IMG/VR virus record: IMGVR_UViG_3300037424_001256
Span: 1-64,000 of that record
DNA from: a virus
Taxonomy: Duplodnaviria; Caudoviricetes
Length of the DNA stretch: 64,000 bases
Strand: one strand, 5' to 3'
The notes below the pieces were generated by a model. That model was not told the origin of the DNA. It ran no database searches and saw nothing but the letters and a program-made list of their open reading frames with translations. Shown in pieces: positions 55,977-64,000 of this stretch. A program made the translations under genes and the position numbers. Each line of letters begins with the position of its first letter. Within the stretch, counting starts at the first letter, position 1.

Positions 55977-57821
55977 ATGCAATTAAAGAAAACATCAAAT
56001 ACGATAGGCATCGACTGTTCTTGCTTTAATGGTTCTATTACATGGGGGACAGTTGCCACAGATCCAAGAAATATTCAATTTGCCTATCTTCGGTGTTCTA
56101 TGGGAACCAGTAATTTTGATACAAAATTTGCCGTTAATGCAAATGGAGCAAGGGCTAATAATATTCTAGTTGGTGCTTATCATTTCATGAGGCCAAATAG
56201 TACGATATATGCAACATCGAGAGCTATAACAGAAGCTAATCATTTTGTGAATAGAATGCAGATTGGTTTAGGAAATGGTGAGTTTGGTGATCTATATCCT
56301 GTTGTCGATCTTGAATTTCCAAGTACACCTAAAATAGCGAATAATCCGGTGGAAGTAAGGTTATTGGTAGACTATTGCCAAACATTTAGAGCACAAGTAG
56401 AGCAACTTACAGGTAGAACTGTAATGGTTTATGCTGGTATAGATTATATACAAAGCCCTTGGAATAACTTTAATTATCCAACGTCAGCAAATCCTATTTC
56501 AGATATGCCATTATGGGCTGCGTATTGGCTGAGATTACACGTTGGTTCAAGTGCTCCTCCAGATGCTGGAGGCTGGTCCCAGTGGCGTGTTTGGCAGTAT
56601 TCAGATACAGGAGTAGTGACTGGAATAACAACAGCGACGGACTTAAATTTTGGTCCAGATAACCTTAGGTTTTTGCAGGATAATAGTCTAGAATCTAAGG
56701 GTTTAGCACCCGTAACTCAACTTTATGTATTGAATTCAAATCGACAACTACAGGTAGTTCTGAGTAATGATAGTTCTGCATGTCCGTTCTATAACCCTAT
56801 CCATATGGAACAAATAAACCAAGAAAACAAACTTACATTTAGTGTTCCTGCAAGTCATCCAGACGCAAGTGATATCATTGAGGGTAATTTAGTATTTTTC
56901 AGAGACTTTGATGACCCTGCTCAAATTCAGCTATTTGAAGTTTTAAGAATTGAAGAAAGTCATCTTGGAAATTTATACAAAGATGTAGTGTGTCAGCATA
57001 AAGTTTTTGAATTGGTAGATGATTGGATTGATGCATTAACTCTTACAGGAGTTGGTTGTTCCTCAGCTCTTAACTCCATATTATCTGGAACAAAATGGAT
57101 TGTTGGTACAGTAGAACCTACTGGAACTCAGACATTCGTATTTTCAAGAATAACCGTCATGGAAGCCTTAAGGGAAATAGTTCAAGCATTTAATGCAGAA
57201 TGGAGATTCAGAGTACAATTTGTTGGTGCAGATGTAACAACTCAATTTGTCGATATTTTAGACCAAAGAGGCGAAGACCGAGGGAAACGCTTTGAGTATA
57301 GTCGAGATATGAAAAGTGTCAAACGAACGATTGATAATTCAAAACTAGTAACAAAATCATTCGGTTACGGAAATTCTATAACCTTTTCAACGGTTCTATG
57401 GACGACATTAGGGGGAGATCCAGCAGATAAGCCAGTTGGACAGTTATATGTTGAGGACGTTGATGCTACAAGCACTTGGGGTAGGTATAGGGGATCTACC
57501 AACGTTATCCCAATTGAGTCAGAATTTACTTCAAATACTACTTCTCCATCGAATTTATTACAAGAAACATGGGATTATATTCAGGCTAATAACGTTCCGT
57601 GGGTAGCTTATGAGATTGATATTGCTGATTTGGAGATCATTGCAGGAAGTGCATCCCAGAAAGTTAGATTGGGAGATACCGTAAAAGTCATTGATAATTT
57701 ATTTGAACCAGTTTTGAGATCTTCTGCAAGGATTTTAGAGATTGATAGATATCTCAGTGAACCAGAAAAGACCCAAGTTGTTATTAGTCAGATACCGCCA
57801 ATTATTATAGCTGATACCTAA
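55977..57821 (+). CDS. GH25 muramidase fused N-terminally to a Tal/baseplate hub protein
   Basis: GIDCSCFNG, GAYHF, VVDLE, WAAYW, VWQYSDTG; then Tal motifs GKRFEYSRDMKSVKR, VRLGDTVKVID. Confidence 0.85.
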   Translation: MQLKKTSNTIGIDCSCFNGSITWGTVATDPRNIQFAYLRCSMGTSNFDTKFAVNANGARANNILVGAYHFMRPNSTIYATSRAITEANHFVNRMQIGLGNGEFGDLYPVVDLEFPSTPKIANNPVEVRLLVDYCQTFRAQVEQLTGRTVMVYAGIDYIQSPWNNFNYPTSANPISDMPLWAAYWLRLHVGSSAPPDAGGWSQWRVWQYSDTGVVTGITTATDLNFGPDNLRFLQDNSLESKGLAPVTQLYVLNSNRQLQVVLSNDSSACPFYNPIHMEQINQENKLTFSVPASHPDASDIIEGNLVFFRDFDDPAQIQLFEVLRIEESHLGNLYKDVVCQHKVFELVDDWIDALTLTGVGCSSALNSILSGTKWIVGTVEPTGTQTFVFSRITVMEALREIVQAFNAEWRFRVQFVGADVTTQFVDILDQRGEDRGKRFEYSRDMKSVKRTIDNSKLVTKSFGYGNSITFSTVLWTTLGGDPADKPVGQLYVEDVDATSTWGRYRGSTNVIPIESEFTSNTTSPSNLLQETWDYIQANNVPWVAYEIDIADLEIIAGSASQKVRLGDTVKVIDNLFEPVLRSSARILEIDRYLSEPEKTQVVISQIPPIIIADT

Positions 57822-57844
57822 AGGAATCGAGGTGCGATAATCAA

Positions 57845-59089
57845 GTGGTAGCTTTTATTCCCCCACAAAATCACAGGAATGCTTCAGAATCTATTTATAA
57901 TGGTCAATTGCTACGAGATGCATCCAAAAAGGGTCCACAATATTCAATATTTGGAGACACTATAACTGGATCAAAATATGATGAAGTTACAGTTTCTTTC
58001 CAAGTAGGAATTTCGTCATACGACACAATTAGTGCTGTTACTGGAGGTGGTGCCGTAACAAGTGTTGTGCCACAAGCAAAAATAGCTAGTGGTCTTGCCG
58101 TTGCTGGTACTGCCCAATTACAATCTTTGCAATCAGTAAGATATAGAGCTGGAAGAGAAGGATATGCATTCTTTACTTGTGAATTTACAACCCAAGCTGG
58201 AGGATTATTAGGAATAGCTGATTCAAACCAACAGATGGGCCTGTTTGATGACCAAAATGGGATATATCTAGGATTTACTGGCATTAATTTCTGTATAGCA
58301 ATTAGAAAAGAAGGCGTAGATACCGTTGTTACTCAAGCTAATTTCAATAGGGACAAATTAGATGGTACGGGAATGAGTGGCATTACTGCAGACTTCTCTA
58401 AAAATAATGTTTTTAAAGTTTCATTTGGATATTTAGGAGCCGCGACGATAGTTTATGAAATTTTAAGATCCGATGGTGTGTGGGTACCTTTTCACGTAGT
58501 TGAGTATCCCGGCAGTTCGATAAATACACACATTTCTAACCCTGTTGTACCAGTTACTTGTAGAGTTGAAAAAACTGCAGGAGCAACAAATATTACCATG
58601 ATGACATCTAGTTGGAGCGCAGGTACCATAGTTGGCAATTCTCAACTTCAGATTTCCAACCGTGGATTTGCATTCACTAATACTAAATCTATATCTGCCA
58701 ATCTACGCACAAGCATATTTACCTTGAGAAATTCTACTGTATTTGGAGGACTAGCAAATAGGATTCCGTTTCAACCAATATTTATATCAGTTTCAGCAGA
58801 TGGAACAAAGAATGTCGATATTCAAGTTTTAAAAAATGCAACAATTAACGGAACTAGCTTCCATACAATTGACGCCAATAATAGTGTCGTGAGTTATGAT
58901 ATCTTAGCTACTAGCGTAAGTGGTGGAACTTTGGCTTTACCAATTAAATTAGGTAAAACTGGTAGTCAAAGTCTTGATATGGCTGATTACATCATGCTGT
59001 CCTTACCGGGTGAAACACTTTCGTTCACGGCATTTTCATCTGGAGCTAGTTCGATAGGTATCGGATGTAGATGGTTGGATAAGTTCTAG
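57845..59089 (+). CDS. putative virion/baseplate-associated protein
   Basis: 414 aa beta-rich; LQSLQSVRYRAG, QANFNRDKLDGTG. Confidence 0.65.
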   Translation: MVAFIPPQNHRNASESIYNGQLLRDASKKGPQYSIFGDTITGSKYDEVTVSFQVGISSYDTISAVTGGGAVTSVVPQAKIASGLAVAGTAQLQSLQSVRYRAGREGYAFFTCEFTTQAGGLLGIADSNQQMGLFDDQNGIYLGFTGINFCIAIRKEGVDTVVTQANFNRDKLDGTGMSGITADFSKNNVFKVSFGYLGAATIVYEILRSDGVWVPFHVVEYPGSSINTHISNPVVPVTCRVEKTAGATNITMMTSSWSAGTIVGNSQLQISNRGFAFTNTKSISANLRTSIFTLRNSTVFGGLANRIPFQPIFISVSADGTKNVDIQVLKNATINGTSFHTIDANNSVVSYDILATSVSGGTLALPIKLGKTGSQSLDMADYIMLSLPGETLSFTAFSSGASSIGIGCRWLDKF

Positions 59090-59119
59090 GACATTATATT
59101 AGAAAGGTGGGTTTTTGTA

Positions 59120-59500
59120 ATGACGTTTATACCACCAGCACCAGCAAATCATCGCAATAGTGCAGTTTTAGTAGCATCAACTAGTTTAGTTGTAAATGTT
59201 GGAAATGATGCATGGGGACCTACATCTGTAATAGGTAGAATAACGCTAGGTTCAACATTTTTAACCGAGCTAAAAGTTGGTACATCTGCATTACCAAATA
59301 GACACACATTGAAGGTATTGAACGATTCGTCATTTCTTTTCTATGTTAAAAATACAACGACATTACCAACCAGCGATGGTGTTCTAGTCAATTCGGGAGT
59401 AGCTGCGGAAATCACTTTGAACCCCTCTCAAAGTGTGAAATTTTATGGTATAACATTTGCTGGTACGGCTGATATTAAAATTATTGAGATAAGCAACTAA
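59120..59500 (+). CDS. small virion-associated protein
   Basis: N-terminus FIPPAPANHRNS resembles FIPPQNHRNAS of the previous gene. Confidence 0.6.
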   Translation: MTFIPPAPANHRNSAVLVASTSLVVNVGNDAWGPTSVIGRITLGSTFLTELKVGTSALPNRHTLKVLNDSSFLFYVKNTTTLPTSDGVLVNSGVAAEITLNPSQSVKFYGITFAGTADIKIIEISN

Positions 59501-59520
59501 GGTGAAGGGAGGTATTAAAT

Positions 59521-60021
59521 GTGACATCACCATCGTTAAGTCTAGTTCCATTTAGGGATACTCCTTATAGTTTGCAGTTTGCTTTTGCTGGCGTAATGTT
59601 TTCGGTTTCAAGTGCCGTGCTATTGGGTTCAGGAATTTATAATCACTGTTTTGTGACCCAAGGTAAATCAGTCCATATAATAGCTAGATCTTACCAAACC
59701 AATTCCACTAATTTAACAGTTGATTGGATTGAAAATGGAGTAGACATTGCTGGATCATCTGGACCTAGTCAATTTTTATATAATGTGAACCGTGTATTAT
59801 CAGATACGACTAATACTGCATCATTGTTTAGCTCTCCAACGACATCTGCTAGTAGTGGGGTTTCAATTGAAACTATTGGTCTTGTCCCGGCTGATAAATG
59901 GGTACAGACAGCACCTGAATTCATACTAGAAAATAATAAAATGTATTTAATTCAAGCTAACAATCATAATAGTACGGGTTATTTTGTGATAAATTTGACA
60001 TGGTATGAATCCGGTAACTAA
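59521..60021 (+). CDS. hypothetical protein, paralog 1
   Basis: PFRDTPYSLQF..PEFILE..WYESGN. Confidence 0.65.
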   Translation: MTSPSLSLVPFRDTPYSLQFAFAGVMFSVSSAVLLGSGIYNHCFVTQGKSVHIIARSYQTNSTNLTVDWIENGVDIAGSSGPSQFLYNVNRVLSDTTNTASLFSSPTTSASSGVSIETIGLVPADKWVQTAPEFILENNKMYLIQANNHNSTGYFVINLTWYESGN

Positions 60022-60038
60022 GGGAAGGTGATTATAAA

Positions 60039-60521
60039 TTGAGTATTGAATTACAGCCTTTCAGACAGACTGATTATGCATTACAGTTTGATTTCGTTGG
60101 AAATTTTTATTCATGGCAATATCAATTAATGTCATCAGGTGGAACTTCACATGATTTGAAATTTGCGACTAGTGATAATTTTGTCCATATAACCTCTAGG
60201 GAAATACAGACTAATAGTTCGGCAATATCTATCAATATCTACGAAGGTGCAACATTTGGGATAGGCTCATCTTCTTCAAAAATTTATAATTTGAATAGGG
60301 GTATCAATAACCCTAATACAATGAAAATTATCACAAATTCAACACATGTATTACCCGGAAATACATTGGAAGCATTTACGTTAATTGCGAATGACAGGTG
60401 GAAGCAACAGAGTCCAGAATTAATTCTTAAGACCAACACCTTGTATTGGATGGAAATATTAAATTCTGGTTTAAATGCATTCGTTAATTTCAATTATGTC
60501 TGGTATGAATCTGGTAATTAA
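60039..60521 (+). CDS. hypothetical protein, paralog 2
   Basis: PFRQTDYALQF..PELILK..WYESGN. Confidence 0.65.
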   Translation: MSIELQPFRQTDYALQFDFVGNFYSWQYQLMSSGGTSHDLKFATSDNFVHITSREIQTNSSAISINIYEGATFGIGSSSSKIYNLNRGINNPNTMKIITNSTHVLPGNTLEAFTLIANDRWKQQSPELILKTNTLYWMEILNSGLNAFVNFNYVWYESGN

Positions 60522-60544
60522 CTTTTGAAAGGAGTTTTAATATT

Positions 60545-61398
60545 ATGGCAAATATGGTCTATGATTATGCAAAGAAATTTTTAGTTGCTTCATCTAGTAC
60601 TCCAGCAAAACACATCGATCTACTTGGTAATACTATCAAGGTTGCATTAGTGGGAAGTACCTATATTCAAGCATCTAGTCATTTCCTTTTTAAGAGAGGA
60701 ACAGGAGCAGCAGCAAGTATCACTCCTTCATGTTGTGAGCTAAATGGAACTGGATACGCAGAAGGTATTGGAGCTAGTACAGGTCGTAAAACTTTAGCTT
60801 CTAAGGTATTGACTCAAGAATCTGCAAATACTAGGGTCATCTTCGATGCAGCGGATATAACTTGGACAGCAATCAACGCTGGAACGGCAGGAAAGTTGAT
60901 CGTTATTCGTGAGGGTGGGCGGGGGACTACTACGAGCGACACTGGTACAGTTTTGATTTGTACAATTGATAGCGGATTTCCAGTTGTTACAAATGGTAAA
61001 TTGTGGAAACAAACTGCCGTCTAAGGTGGAAACAGCTTAGATTATTAGCGCGAAATTAAGCGGGAAAGTCCTCCATTTTTTAGGATAACCCGAACCGAAG
61101 GCGTGTGAAAGCACTAAATCATGGTAACATGATTGATAGCGAGAGCTAGTCAGGGGCAACGCATAGGAGCTGCGGCTTTAAGCCAATAACGCTCCCAAGA
61201 GTTCGCGCCACGAAAGCAACAGAGCTTTCCTAAATGGGGTTGTAACCATTTAGCCTAACGTTATGTCGAGGGTGAAAAGGTATGCTGGACTATACCAATG
61301 GTAAAGGTATAGAAGTTAGGATAAAAAGCCTAACGATAACAAGATCGGGTGATCTCACTATTTCATGGTCAACAGCGGGTATAATAGATTTGACATAA
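60545..61398 (+). CDS. tail-associated protein split by a group I intron (exon 1 60545-60997, exon 2 61348-61398; 167 aa spliced)
   Basis: Splicing gives FPVVTNG|GDLTISWSTAGIIDLT*, a natural C-terminus for this phage family. Confidence 0.75.
60998..61347 (+). ncRNA. group I self-splicing intron, 350 nt, no internal ORF
   Basis: 5' exon ends in U, intron ends in G; P-like AATTAAGCGGGAAA, Q-like AACCCGAACCGAAG, R CAGGGGCAACGCATAG and S AAGGTATGCTGG with P7 GCATA/TATGC. Confidence 0.82.
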
Positions 61399-61435
61399 CA
61401 GCAAGTATACCATAATGTTGTGAAATGTGTTATAA

Positions 61436-62353
61436 TTGAGGTGGAGGTGTTTCATCATGGAAATACAAAATCCACCTCAAAAATTATTCCGAGGATGGAA
61501 ACAGGATTTAGCAGATCAAATTCAGGGGATTTATGATCAGGGATTTTCAACAGGAGAGGTAGCTAAAAAATTAGATATTAACAAATTAAGAGTTAAGCAT
61601 TATTTATCAATTATGGGTTATGAATTTTCAATGTCGGAAGGATGTAAGAGAAGAACAAAATCAGTATTCAATGATGTTGAACTAAGTAAAGAAGTTTTAG
61701 AAATTATTGAGGGTAATTTATTAGGTGATGGTTCATTGACTCTCCAGAAAAACACTAGCAAACCTCATCTAGTTCCTAGGTCAGCAGTTTATTCTCATGC
61801 GACAAAATCATTAGCTCAGATTGAATGGCTCAAGAAATTATTGGTTGATAATGGTTTACCTGTTAGGGATTATGTTCATCTAAAAAAAGCTCACCAAGAA
61901 ATATATAAAAATGGCCCAAATGCTGGCACTATTGCCAATTATAGTGATAGATATGATTTTAAAAGTGTTTCTCAGCCATCCATAAAGATATTGAGAGAAA
62001 AATGGTATAAACCTCATAAGATTGTACCAACAGATTTAAAATTAACTCCATTAACGCTCCTGCATTGGTATTTAGGAGATGGAACTTTATGTAGAAATAA
62101 AAAACCTGTATCTTATTCAGTAAAACTTTATACCTATTCATTCACTTATGATGAAGTTTTTTATCTGAAGAAAAGATTATTATTTGATCTGGATTTAGAA
62201 TCAACAGTATTAAAGAGGCACATGACTGATGGCCAATATTATATCGCTATACCAAGTATTAATGACAAAAATATTTCACATTTCTTCTCCCTAATCGGCC
62301 CATGCCCACCGGAACTCATCACCGACTACGGACACAAATGGCCCAACACATAG
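61436..62353 (+). mobile_element. free-standing LAGLIDADG homing endonuclease with N-terminal HTH
   Basis: IIEGNLLGDGSL and LLHWYLGDGT motifs. Confidence 0.85.
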
Positions 62354-62378
62354 AAAAGAAACGAGGTTAATCCTCGTC

Positions 62379-62723
62379 TCAAGCTAACATCTTATAGGCA
62401 AACTTGGCTACTTCCTTTACTTTTTGGGCTTCTCCAAACAACTTGGAGACATCATGTTTGATGGCATCGTGTTCAGATTTGTTTATTTCGCTGACGAATT
62501 CTAATGACCTGAGTATTCTTGTATTTTCATCTACCTGAGATTTTAGGATTTCAATATCTTGCTTCATGATACCGACATCTGATTTTAGAGTGCTAACATC
62601 TAGCTTGAGAGAAATGACATCCGATTTCAGACTACTGACATCCGACTTAAGGGAACTGACATCCAACTTTATCTCCCGAATTTCCTTGAGTATTTCTTTG
62701 AGTAAATTTTCTATCATAACCAC
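62379..62723 (-). CDS. coiled-coil protein with heptad tandem repeats
   Basis: LKSDVSS/LKLDVST/LKSDVGI repeats; GAGGTG RBS. Confidence 0.65.
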   Translation of the reverse strand: MVMIENLLKEILKEIREIKLDVSSLKSDVSSLKSDVISLKLDVSTLKSDVGIMKQDIEILKSQVDENTRILRSLEFVSEINKSEHDAIKHDVSKLFGEAQKVKEVAKFAYKMLA

Positions 62724-62787
62724 CTCAAGTATAATTGTACAAGTTCTACGCGAAACGTCAACCTGAATAATTATCCAACTTCAAACT

Positions 62788-63249
62788 ATGTACACTCCGT
62801 ACTCTCCGTGCTATAATTATTGTATGGAGGTGTATGGAATGTTAAGTGCAACAGAAGTAAGGGCTAATTTTGGTCAGTTTATTGACGATGTAGTTCGGAT
62901 CAAGCCACAAATTGTTAAACGCAATCGAGATACCATTATTGCTTTTTCCCAAGCTTATCTGAAAGATGCTCTATCTATCTATGAATTAACTTTCGAGTAT
63001 GAACAAGATGAAGATGGTATTTACGCTGGAAGCATCGAACAGATTCCTGATATAGTGGCAGATGGAGCTACTTTGGATGAATTACGCAATGAACTAGCTC
63101 ATCACCTTATAGAATATGCCAAAGATTATTATGATGATTTTGATCGTTACTACAATGCTTCCAATCGTCGATCACATGCTAATTATATGTTGCGAGTTTT
63201 ATTGGAAGATGAAGATATCCAATCTGTAGCGAGTATGCTACATGCCTAG
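62788..63249 (+). CDS. antitoxin with Phd-like N-terminus and HicB-like C-terminus (likely start MLSATEV ~62818)
   Basis: SATEVRANFGQFIDDV; YAGSIEQIPDIVADGATLDELR. Confidence 0.75.
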   Translation: MYTPYSPCYNYCMEVYGMLSATEVRANFGQFIDDVVRIKPQIVKRNRDTIIAFSQAYLKDALSIYELTFEYEQDEDGIYAGSIEQIPDIVADGATLDELRNELAHHLIEYAKDYYDDFDRYYNASNRRSHANYMLRVLLEDEDIQSVASMLHA

Positions 63250-63457
63250 TTGGAGTGATTTGGAAAAATATTTGAAAAGACATGGATGGAAGTTAGTTCG
63301 ACAAAATGGCAGGGATAAGATTTATGAAAAAGTCATATCAAATGAATTGACTATCAGAACTAGCGTATCTAAATCTAGCGGTGAAATTAGGAAGAATCTA
63401 TTCAGTAAAATATTAAAGCAACAACTTGGAATAACCAAAGAGGAATTTAATGCATAA
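63242..63457 (+). CDS. HicA-like toxin
   Basis: WSDLEKYLKRHGWKLVRQ..ILKQQLGIT; overlaps the antitoxin stop. Confidence 0.75.
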   Translation: MPSWSDLEKYLKRHGWKLVRQNGRDKIYEKVISNELTIRTSVSKSSGEIRKNLFSKILKQQLGITKEEFNA

Positions 63458-63460
63458 CCT

Positions 63461-63490
63461 AAAACCTGAGCTAAAAACTCAGGTTTTTCT
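63461..63490 (+). terminator. terminator after the TA pair
   Basis: AAAACCTGAG-ctaaaaa-CTCAGGTTTT(T). Confidence 0.65.
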
Positions 63491-63520
63491 TATTATCTTC
63501 TGTAGAAAGGATTAAATGCT

Positions 63521-63868
63521 ATGCCAACTTATTTTACCAAATCAACTATTGTGTATGAATCTAGTGCACCATGGAACGACACTTTAAACGCTTTAGATTC
63601 AGCAGGACTAGGATGGAATATCCACCTAGCTTGTAGTCGGTGTTCTACATGTGCTTGTGACTTTTGTTATACAGAAGACCCTAACCCAAGTATGCTTCCG
63701 CAATACTGGATGGTTATCTCAGGTAATATTTTTAATTCTAGCTTTGACGCTCAAGTATATTGCGACCAAGTATCTTTAATAATTCAAATGGATGTTAAGC
63801 AATTTAAGAATCTTAATGCAGATGGATTAAGTTGTTCTCCATTTATTCCGGGGTTATTGACTAGCTAG
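63521..63868 (+). CDS. Cys-containing hypothetical protein
   Basis: GAAAGGA RBS; CSRCSTCACDFC. Confidence 0.55.
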   Translation: MPTYFTKSTIVYESSAPWNDTLNALDSAGLGWNIHLACSRCSTCACDFCYTEDPNPSMLPQYWMVISGNIFNSSFDAQVYCDQVSLIIQMDVKQFKNLNADGLSCSPFIPGLLTS

Positions 63869-63909
63869 TGATAAATATCATACTTAATACTGAGGAAAGG
63901 AGGTAAAAA

Positions 63910-64000
63910 ATGGCAACAATTAATCCAACTCCTGCGGTATTGAGAATGTTTACTATTCCTGCACCACCATTTCAGTTTCAACTTTTAAATTTTAATGGTA
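63910..64000 (+). CDS. partial ORF running off the window edge
   Basis: GGAGGT RBS + ATG. Confidence 0.45.
   Translation, partial: MATINPTPAVLRMFTIPAPPFQFQLLNFNG

Noticed and set aside
1-64000. tRNA/rRNA genes, integrase, holin, Tas/Nop-domain gene
   Set aside because: None recognisable by eye. Absence is not proven without tRNAscan, HMM and structure searches, and the phage extends beyond both window edges.

Overview
The window is a large part of a temperate siphovirus-type phage or prophage of an endospore-forming Firmicute. Gene style suggests a Peptococcaceae/Desulfosporosinus-like host, but this is tentative. Order: small early genes, serine resolvase, radical SAM, CI/Cro switch, YqaJ-RecT, a leftward C5-DNA methyltransferase + CmoA pair, DnaD-type initiator + DnaC loader, nucleotide genes, amidase lysin, sigma factors, ArpU, terS, a ~11-kb nonulosonic-acid-type sugar cluster, terL, portal, SpoIIID, head, neck, tail and baseplate genes, a group I intron, a LAGLIDADG endonuclease and a HicA-type TA pair. 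No integrase, holin or tRNA was recognised. Main unexplained signals: (1) five non-coding arrays of 36-nt dual-repeat units (about 66 units) with TIGR architecture, no Tas gene in the window, and two solitary type I-C CRISPR repeats inserted in the longest array; (2) a phage-encoded CMP-nonulosonate pathway plus a GT42/Maf-like transferase among Ser/Thr-rich head proteins, alongside two SigE/K-like factors and SpoIIID; (3) a C5-MTase with motif X Asn->Arg next to CmoA, predicting 5-carboxymethylcytosine; (4) terL broken in its Walker A motif by a 16-nt palindromic insert resembling a ribosomal bypass; (5) an ORF-less group I intron with a free-standing homing endonuclease. All family calls come from motif recognition by eye; no searches were run.
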